From Nitrospiria bacterium (GTDB lineage: Bacteria; Nitrospirota; Nitrospiria; Nitrospirales; NS-4), in assembly GCA_041490525.1 (NCBI GenBank), contig JBGPTH010000017.1:52-64051 (forward strand): 64,000 bases of DNA, read 5' to 3'. Under the pieces are notes generated by a model. It did not search any database. It had not been told where the DNA came from and saw only the letters and a program-made list of their open reading frames with translations. Both the position numbers and the translations under genes were made by a program. Positions 56,959 to 64,000 of this stretch are shown here, one piece after another (within the stretch, counting starts at the first letter, position 1; every line of letters begins with the position of its first letter).

Positions 56959-58866
56959 TCAAACACCATCCCTTTTCCGTGCGCTGAGGACAATGCCGAG
57001 CTCAGATTGGTGCGATTTATCGAATAAGTCCAAAAAACAGCCCAGTGCGTTCAGTACACCAAAGACCAAAACGCTACCACCGATCACAAGAGGAAATAGC
57101 AGTATTTCCAATGCCAGCCTACCTGGTATCCGTTTTAGAATTGCCTGCAGAGTGTTCGACAGCCTCGCACAAGCGGCACTTCCGCGATTCCCCTGCGGTT
57201 GTATGGTCATCGCAGTCAGCGCGGTCCGAGCTCTTTCTAACTGTTCGCCATTCAAGTAATCGGAAGGCAAGCCACCCATCACTAGCCCACCGCCCGGTTT
57301 CAGAACTCTCGTGGCTTCAGCAAGAATGTGATCTATGTCATGTCTCGTTAAAGATAAAGGTAGCAAGACACGTACATTGGAAAATTGCGAATCAATGAAT
57401 GGCCAGGCACGAGCTCTATTTTGCGGCAATAAATACCGGGTTTCCAGACCGGACGTATTAGTATTTTCGTCGTATCCAGCTTCCAACACGAACAAATTGT
57501 TGCTACCAGCTGTTATGGTCAGAACCGCTGAACAGGCGGAGTAGAACCTCCTCCTCTCAAGCCATTGCCAATGCCACAATCGTAAGCGCGGCGGCTCGCC
57601 ATAAATAAGTGTCCCGATTCGCGTGCGAATCGGGAAATACCTAAATATAAACCGAGCATAAGTGCTATATGCCTGATTGAGAAGTCTTCCAACGGTGGCG
57701 CCTGCAAGACGTTCAAAACGATTTAACTGCAGAGTGGCAATGTCCAGCCGAGCGTTTTTTGCTCTTTCCATTTCCACAGCAATACGGCGGAGTCTGCGCA
57801 ACAGCAGTAAAGGATCAGACAGCAACAGTTCACTCGAACTGCGCTTGAGGGTGGCAATAATCTGGTTCATTACCAAATCCATTTCCACCGCCGCAGCAAT
57901 CCATTTCTTTTCGGTTTGCACCTTCCCATGCAAACGAACGACAGTGCTCGCATTGTGAACATGTTCCCGCGAGACCAGGATTTCGGCGAAGGAGATCACA
58001 TCTTCAATGGAGTCTTTGCGCATCCCTTCCAGCTTACGATCGGAAGAGGAAACCTCACAAAACATCAGCTCATCAGAGTCAGCTATCGTGTACCAATCCC
58101 GCGGGTCTGGGCAGGCCCCCAGAGCAAAATCGATATCGATCGTCGAATTGAAGCGGGGGCTCTTAACGCGTGGATTCACCATGAGAGGGCTGAGATGAAA
58201 ACACCGACCGATAAGACCTTCCCCATCGACGCGCCAATAAAGGTTTGACGGAAGCATCCCGTTTGATCCGGAACCCCAGATCTGCATCAACGTTCTTGGA
58301 TGCAGACAGTTGATTCCGAAATCAAATAAATCATGGGAGGAAATCGCGATCGAGCAGGCTGATGAATCGGCCATTGATGTGAACACCGGAGCGGCCTCTT
58401 CAGCAATGAGACTTAGTCCCGGGCACAATACAACTCTATAGCCCGAATCAGCCAGCCGAGAAATTGCTGCCAGTGAACCGTTGGCCATAATAAGGTCTGG
58501 ACCAAGACACACTATGGCCGACTTGCGGCTTTCGGCTTCCGCAATCGCGTGTCTATGGCAAGAAGACATTTTTTCGTACCTGTCTCCTTTCAATCCCTGT
58601 GGAAAATGAATGTTGACCGGCATAAGCCGTTGAAGAGCTGCAAATGCTGCACTTTGACGAATCTCTACGGCATCTATATCGGTTGTATAAATGCAAAATC
58701 TTGACTTACTCAGACTCGATATCGCAGGTAGGTTGCCCGATGCCAGCAGCGATGGCAAACACACATCTAGAAGCAATCTCGTGTAAGAGGGTCCCCAGCA
58801 GACGATCACGAAATCAAACGCAACAGGCGAATGGTTGCAATGCGGCGGCAGACGGTTGCTCATCAT
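56959..58866 (-). CDS. Uncharacterised 635-aa protein (GT-A-like N-terminus, degenerate methyltransferase-like C-terminus)
   Basis: VCWGPSY..LLLDVCLPSLLA.GNLP, IYTT, PDLI; C-terminal WPF.D.QF and EATRVLKPGG; low GC. Confidence 0.55.
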   Translation of the reverse strand: MMSNRLPPHCNHSPVAFDFVIVCWGPSYTRLLLDVCLPSLLASGNLPAISSLSKSRFCIYTTDIDAVEIRQSAAFAALQRLMPVNIHFPQGLKGDRYEKMSSCHRHAIAEAESRKSAIVCLGPDLIMANGSLAAISRLADSGYRVVLCPGLSLIAEEAAPVFTSMADSSACSIAISSHDLFDFGINCLHPRTLMQIWGSGSNGMLPSNLYWRVDGEGLIGRCFHLSPLMVNPRVKSPRFNSTIDIDFALGACPDPRDWYTIADSDELMFCEVSSSDRKLEGMRKDSIEDVISFAEILVSREHVHNASTVVRLHGKVQTEKKWIAAAVEMDLVMNQIIATLKRSSSELLLSDPLLLLRRLRRIAVEMERAKNARLDIATLQLNRFERLAGATVGRLLNQAYSTYARFIFRYFPIRTRIGTLIYGEPPRLRLWHWQWLERRRFYSACSAVLTITAGSNNLFVLEAGYDENTNTSGLETRYLLPQNRARAWPFIDSQFSNVRVLLPLSLTRHDIDHILAEATRVLKPGGGLVMGGLPSDYLNGEQLERARTALTAMTIQPQGNRGSAACARLSNTLQAILKRIPGRLALEILLFPLVIGGSVLVFGVLNALGCFLDLFDKSHQSELGIVLSARKRDGV

Positions 58867-58885
58867 GGGAATGTACTGCGGAAAT

Positions 58886-59731
58886 TCACCATGGCATGAC
58901 CGATTTGGAGCTGATGAAAAGACTGCCTTCGCGATGGGATGTCGGGACGTCGTTCACCCGCTGGACACGGCCCCATCCTATCTTTTGCGCATACATCCAG
59001 ATCCCGATCGATTGGAAATGTCCGAAGACGGCTTTTGCGTTCTCGGGGTTGCCGATCTCCACCATGATGTCCAGCTTTTGCATGATCTCTCTGGTTGCCG
59101 TCAGCAGCAATTCCTTTTCATGTCCCTCCGCGTCGATCTTGGCGAGATCGGCCCATTCGAACAAAGGCTGCACCGCGCGCGTCGGTACCATAAAGAACTC
59201 TCTTTCACCGTAAGAATTCTTTGAGCCGGCGAGGTGACTCCCGGTCGTGTTGCCGAGTACACGGACAAATTGTGCTTCTCCATCGGAGACCGAAACCGCC
59301 TCCTTGAAGGTGGTGACAGTGGTAGCGGCGTTCGCGGCCAGGTTGTCGGAAAGAAGTCCGTAGTGCCATGGGTCGGGCTCGAAAGCCTTGACCACATACC
59401 CGCAGCGGGCCATGACGGTCGAGTGCAGGCCAAGATTGGCGCCGATATCGAGAACGCGGCTGTAGCGCCCGCGGTTGGCGTTGTAGAAGGCGAAGATTAT
59501 CAGCTCGTCGACCCCGAACAGATCGAGCGAATCGATGGCCCCCATTTTCGTGTAGGGCATCGAAAGGCTGCCAAAGGGACCGAACGGCTGGGCAACCCGC
59601 TCGGGCGCCGAAAACAACTCCTCGACGGCGGCGCGGGCAGTTGCCTTGCAAAGCCGGTAGAACGCGGACGAGTGAACATGCAGCTCCGGGCGTTCGGCTA
59701 GGGCCTCAAAAATCAGATCGAGTGCAGGCAT
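58886..59731 (-). CDS. FkbM-family methyltransferase
   Basis: LDIGANLGLH, FEPDP, KIDAEGHE. Confidence 0.85.
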   Translation of the reverse strand: MPALDLIFEALAERPELHVHSSAFYRLCKATARAAVEELFSAPERVAQPFGPFGSLSMPYTKMGAIDSLDLFGVDELIIFAFYNANRGRYSRVLDIGANLGLHSTVMARCGYVVKAFEPDPWHYGLLSDNLAANAATTVTTFKEAVSVSDGEAQFVRVLGNTTGSHLAGSKNSYGEREFFMVPTRAVQPLFEWADLAKIDAEGHEKELLLTATREIMQKLDIMVEIGNPENAKAVFGHFQSIGIWMYAQKIGWGRVQRVNDVPTSHREGSLFISSKSVMPW

Positions 59732-59740
59732 CGGGCCTGC

Positions 59741-61525
59741 CTAGGAAGAAGAGGACACGGGCAGGGGTTTGACGATCATGTTGTCGAGGAACTCCTTGCG
59801 GTCCAGCAGGGGATCCGCGTCCTCATTCGGGCGGCCGAACTTCACTTGAGGGATGACCCGGTGCTCCGGATCGGTCTCAATGTTCAAAAAAGCGTGGCCT
59901 TCGCTGCCGAGGGTCTGCGCAAGCTTCGAGGCGATGTCGGCGTTCAGGGCAAGGGTATCGGTGTGGAATCCGTAGGCGCGCGCCACGGCGGCAAAGTCCG
60001 GGCAGGCTAATCCGCCTTGAGCCGACGTGGAGTAATACTTGCGGCCAAGCCACTGCTCCTGGGTCTGCCTGACCATGCTGTGCCCTTGATTGTTGAAGAG
60101 CAGGATTTTAACGGGCAGGCGATGGTGCGCGACCGTGGCGAGCTCCTGGATGTTCATTTGCAGGCTTCCATCGCCGGTCATGCAAATCACACGCTGCCCC
60201 GGCCGCGCAAAGCTCGCTCCCATGGCGCCGGGCAGTCCGTAGCCCATGGGGGTATTGTTAAACGCATGGAAAAACCGTTGCCCCCGCTTGAACTCAAAGC
60301 CCTGCATCATCCACGCCAGGGCACAACCAGTGTCGGAGAAGATGACTTCATCCTCGCCCAATAGCGATGAAAGCTGCTTAACCAGCCAGTAGGGGTTGAC
60401 TCCGGTCTCCATTGCGTACTCCGGCCGGCATGCAGGATAGCGGGATTTCCATTCGTGGATGCGCTTGATCCAGGTCGCAAAGTCTGGGAACCGCTGACCG
60501 CGGGCACGGCTGATCAGGGCGCGCAGAAAAGTTGCGGCGTCCACACTGATGCCGAGACCGACCTTGAGTCCAAGCCGTTCGAACTTCCTGATTTCGGTTG
60601 GATCAATATCTAACATGATCAGGTTCGCCTCGCGCGCGAAACTGGAAGGCGGCGAACCGGTTGCCTTTGTGTCCAGGCGAGACCCAATGGAAATGATCAG
60701 GTCGGCATTCTGCACGGCGAAGTTCGCGTACCTTGTCCCATGGGTACCGAATCCACCGATCGCAAGCGGGTCGTCGTATGCCAGAAGGTCCAGTGCGGCC
60801 CAGGTCATCGCCACCGGAATGCCGAGAATGTGGGCTAATTCCCGTGCCTCGGCTTCGGCCTTGGCCAGATGGATGCCCCAGCCATACACCAGAACCGGCC
60901 TTTGGGCATGCTTCACCTCCTCGATGCAGGTTTGGAGCGAATCTTCCGAGACAGGCGGGGCAGAGATGGCCGGTTCCGGTTCGTAATCGATCAGCTTGTT
61001 CGGATCGATGTCCATGCGTTGCAGGTCGTCTGGGATATCGACGAGCACCGGGCCGGGCCGGCCCGACCTTGCGATTGCGACCGCTTTCTGAAGCTCATAA
61101 CGGATGCGGTAAGGGTCCTTTACCAGAACCGCGTATTTGGTGATGGAGCGGCAGATGTCCACCACATCGGTTTCCTGAAAACCCATCTGCCTGACTCCGG
61201 TGTCGCCTTTTGCGCGGAACGTGGCGACCTGCCCCGTAAGGTAGAGCACCGGAACGGAGTCGTAGAAGGAGCTGCAAATTCCGGTGATGAGGTTGGTCGC
61301 GCCGGGACCGCTGGTGGCAACCGCGCAGCCCAAGCCCCCCGTTACGCGAGCGTAGCCGTCGGCCGCATAGGCGCCCGCCTGTTCGTGCAGCGGGCACACG
61401 TAGTCGATGCCTTTGGTCTCCGCAATCGAGTGGATCAGGTGCAGGGAAGCCCCGCCCGATATCGCGAATACGTGTTTGATACCCTCCTTCACCAGAAAGG
61501 CGGCGACTACATCGGATAGCTTCAT
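59741..61525 (-). CDS. ThDP-dependent acetolactate-synthase-like enzyme
   Basis: HEQAGAYAADGYAR, TSGPGATN, RPGPVLVDIP, GDGSLQMNIQEL...NN. Confidence 0.9.
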   Translation of the reverse strand: MKLSDVVAAFLVKEGIKHVFAISGGASLHLIHSIAETKGIDYVCPLHEQAGAYAADGYARVTGGLGCAVATSGPGATNLITGICSSFYDSVPVLYLTGQVATFRAKGDTGVRQMGFQETDVVDICRSITKYAVLVKDPYRIRYELQKAVAIARSGRPGPVLVDIPDDLQRMDIDPNKLIDYEPEPAISAPPVSEDSLQTCIEEVKHAQRPVLVYGWGIHLAKAEAEARELAHILGIPVAMTWAALDLLAYDDPLAIGGFGTHGTRYANFAVQNADLIISIGSRLDTKATGSPPSSFAREANLIMLDIDPTEIRKFERLGLKVGLGISVDAATFLRALISRARGQRFPDFATWIKRIHEWKSRYPACRPEYAMETGVNPYWLVKQLSSLLGEDEVIFSDTGCALAWMMQGFEFKRGQRFFHAFNNTPMGYGLPGAMGASFARPGQRVICMTGDGSLQMNIQELATVAHHRLPVKILLFNNQGHSMVRQTQEQWLGRKYYSTSAQGGLACPDFAAVARAYGFHTDTLALNADIASKLAQTLGSEGHAFLNIETDPEHRVIPQVKFGRPNEDADPLLDRKEFLDNMIVKPLPVSSSS

Positions 61526-62346
61526 CGCCCGTCCAAGGAAATGCGCAGATCGTTCCCGAACCGGCGCAGCTTATAAAAGTTCCCGTCCTGCGCGAGCCAG
61601 CGTGCCAGGGCAGCCCCCCCGCCTCGCCATGCATCGTGTACCAGGGACAGGTTGCGTCCGCCGATGACCGCTTTTCCGGCATTTACGCACCATTGAAGAC
61701 AGGCGTAAATGTCGTCGTGGCTGGTGCCCGGATTCGCGGAGCCCAGGAACTCGACGACCCTACGGTAATTGTCCCCGCTTTGCCCGGATGCGCGCAATGT
61801 CTGATCGTGGATCTTGGTGCGCACAATTCCCGGGCCGATGATGAAAAAGCTCGTATCGGGCGACTCTGCGTCCAGAAGCTCGCACATCTTGATGAGCAGT
61901 ATTTTCGACACGCAGTAGGAAGAGTAGGCCGGAGCCGCATTATTGGTCCCCGAGCCCGAGAAGAACGCGACGCCTGGCGCTCCGAACTTGTTTCGCAGCG
62001 GATAAAGCCGCCGGAGGAGACGAAGTGGCGCCAACGCATTAACCTGCACGCCCTGCTCCCATGCGTCTTCGGCGCATTCCCAGAAGGGGCCGATTGGCTC
62101 CTCGGTTCCGGCGGCGACGACCAGCACGTCCCAACTGAGACCTTCGCGACAGAATTTGTCAACGGCAGCCGCGATGCTATCGCGCGCGGTCAGATCGCAG
62201 GGTGTCAGCAGTATTCCCGGCGGCATGCCCTCCAATCCGGCCCGGGTGCGATACGTACCCCATACCGTCCAGTTCTGTGCGGCATATCGCAGGGCGAGTT
62301 CGCGCCCGATGTCGCTGCCAATACCGATGATTGCAACTACGGGCAC
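61522..62346 (-). CDS. SDR-family oxidoreductase
   Basis: IIGIGSDIG, VNAL, YCVSK, PGIVRT. Confidence 0.82.
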   Translation of the reverse strand: MPVVAIIGIGSDIGRELALRYAAQNWTVWGTYRTRAGLEGMPPGILLTPCDLTARDSIAAAVDKFCREGLSWDVLVVAAGTEEPIGPFWECAEDAWEQGVQVNALAPLRLLRRLYPLRNKFGAPGVAFFSGSGTNNAAPAYSSYCVSKILLIKMCELLDAESPDTSFFIIGPGIVRTKIHDQTLRASGQSGDNYRRVVEFLGSANPGTSHDDIYACLQWCVNAGKAVIGGRNLSLVHDAWRGGGAALARWLAQDGNFYKLRRFGNDLRISLDGR

Positions 62347-62352
62347 CTTCTA

Positions 62353-63417
62353 TTAGTGTGAGCGAGTTGCTAAAGGAAGGAGCTGCTTAATCACCGCCTC
62401 CTCCTCCAGATAATAAAGCGCTTCCAATGCGGTACTCATTGGCGTGTGGCTGTCGGGGTAACAAATCCTGACGGGATCCGCACGCAAGAGGTGGCCCGAG
62501 CGTTCCGCAACGCGCGCGATGATTTCCGCCGATATGCCAAACGACTGCCACGCAGGGTCAATCACGCACAGACGGCCGGTCTTGCCGACTGAGGAACAGA
62601 TCGTTTCAGTATCCAGAGGAGAGATCGTTCGCAGGTCTATGACCTCGGCATTGACGCCAAGTGCCGACAGCCGATCGGCCACTCTTAAAGCGAGGGGGAC
62701 CATCACGCCCGCAGCTACCACTGTAAGATCGCTCCCCAGCCGGCGAACGGCGGCCCGTCCGAAGCGCACCCTATATGGGATTTCTGGAACGCTGTCCTTC
62801 AAGCCGAACAGGGATCGATGCTCAATAATAATGACCGGGTCCTGTCCGAATATGCTCTCGAGCAAGAGGCCTTTGGCATCAGCGGCAGTGGCGGGCATGG
62901 CCACTTTGATCCCGGGAACATGCGCAAACCAGGCATGCAGACTCTTGGAGTGCTGCGGCCCTTGCCCCCACCCACGGCCAACGATCGCACGAATGACGAC
63001 CGGCACCGACGCCTGGCCATTCGACTTGAACCGCCACAGCGCCATCCAGTTGACGATCGCATCCATCGAATACAGCATGAAGTCGAGTCGATGGTGAACC
63101 AGGACAGGCCTGAGGCCGACGACGGCGGCCCCTATGGCGGCTGCCGTCATTACACTCTCAGAGACCGGGAAGTCGCGAACGCGCCTCGAACCAAACTTAT
63201 CGACCAGGCCGGTTGTGGATCCAAAGACGCCGGGGCTGTAATCTATAAGTTGCCCCAGAACGACGACGTCTTCGCTCAGCTCCATGGCTTGTCGTAGCCC
63301 CTGATTCAGAGCCTCGCTATAGCTGATCTCGGGGTGAACGGTCTGTTGCACAGAATGCGCCGGAATGAGGCTGGATTTGTTTGGCATGGTGGAAGCTGCC
63401 CCTTGTCTTTTCTCCAT
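62353..63417 (-). CDS. 2-oxoacid dehydrogenase E1 beta / transketolase-like subunit
   Basis: EALNQGL, RVRDFPVSE, GLRPV, GPQHS, VIDLRTISPLD. Start 63417 or 63387. Confidence 0.88.
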   Translation of the reverse strand: MEKRQGAASTMPNKSSLIPAHSVQQTVHPEISYSEALNQGLRQAMELSEDVVVLGQLIDYSPGVFGSTTGLVDKFGSRRVRDFPVSESVMTAAAIGAAVVGLRPVLVHHRLDFMLYSMDAIVNWMALWRFKSNGQASVPVVIRAIVGRGWGQGPQHSKSLHAWFAHVPGIKVAMPATAADAKGLLLESIFGQDPVIIIEHRSLFGLKDSVPEIPYRVRFGRAAVRRLGSDLTVVAAGVMVPLALRVADRLSALGVNAEVIDLRTISPLDTETICSSVGKTGRLCVIDPAWQSFGISAEIIARVAERSGHLLRADPVRICYPDSHTPMSTALEALYYLEEEAVIKQLLPLATRSH

Positions 63418-63427
63418 TAAACCGCGC

Positions 63428-64000
63428 TTAGTAGCCTTTTGCCTGTTGAGTTTCCTGGTTCGCGTCGAAGTTCGCAGGATCAAAGTCAACCAGAAGCTTG
63501 TCCGCCAATGGGGAACCGGGGCTGAAATTGAGCGCTTGCCAATCCGGAGCGCCCGGGAACGGACTGGACTTGGCGACCTGGAAGCTCCGATCAATCTCTA
63601 CTTGAGCTTCACGCTCAAGGCTCTCCCGATCGCCCGGCCTTAGGAGGTCATTTGCCCGCATCGCCTCCTCAAGCAGCGCGATCGGGCAGTTCCGCTTCCA
63701 GGCCTCAAGATCGGCTGGATCACGATAGCCCACCAAATCGTCGCTCACCGGTCCGTAATGGCCGTTCCAGCGGTATGTATAGGCCTCGACGAAAGCCGGG
63801 CCTTCCCCGGCGCGCGCGCGCGCGATTTCGTTTCGGAGCGTTCGGTTGACCTCCATCACATCGTTGCCGAACAATGCCGTACTTCTCATGCCGAATGTTG
63901 CGACCCGGGCGCTCAGGTTGTCGAGCGCCTGCCGCTTGTGCTGGGGGGAGAACACGGAGTAGTTGTTGTTCTCGCAAACAAACACCATCGGCAGTTTCGC
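63428..64000 (-). CDS. 2-oxoacid dehydrogenase E1 alpha-like subunit (5' end outside window)
   Basis: LPMVFVCENNNYS, GNDV, GPAFVEAYTYRWNGH. Confidence 0.85.
   Translation of the reverse strand, partial: AKLPMVFVCENNNYSVFSPQHKRQALDNLSARVATFGMRSTALFGNDVMEVNRTLRNEIARARAGEGPAFVEAYTYRWNGHYGPVSDDLVGYRDPADLEAWKRNCPIALLEEAMRANDLLRPGDRESLEREAQVEIDRSFQVAKSSPFPGAPDWQALNFSPGSPLADKLLVDFDPANFDANQETQQAKGY

Overview
GC-rich bacterial chromosome window. The gene set and style suggest a Nitrospirota-like Gram-negative, but that assignment is inference only. 1-17.6 kb is housekeeping: asmA-like, mscS, DUF523, tatD, yacP-like NYN, amidase, truA, cysE-ispF-ispD-yacL, degP, fbaB, fbp and PMM/PGM. 18-31.4 kb is envelope and export: manC, kdsD, hicAB, kdsC, PAP2, flippase-like, CDP-alcohol phosphotransferase, Wzi, a WD40-S41 fusion, an SLBB exporter and Wzz. 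After a sigma54-type PEP-CTERM gene, a mosaic >31 kb polysaccharide biosynthesis cluster runs on the minus strand off the right end. No rRNA, tRNA, CRISPR array or transposase was found. The most unusual signals are: (1) inverted arrays of a 7-nt repeat (WCGTTAW ... WTAACGW) that bracket a frameshifted four-helix-bundle (IVS-protein/Avd-like) gene between manC and PMM, and that recur as cargo-free hairpins at two other operon junctions; (2) a modular ~116-145 bp repeat family with GAGCGGGT...ACCCGC(TC) ends that nests inside itself without target duplication, flanks tatD and once carries a GTAG-REP doublet; (3) a beta-propeller fused to an S41 peptidase domain lacking its catalytic dyad, inside the capsule export operon; (4) a putative branched-chain amino-sugar pathway.
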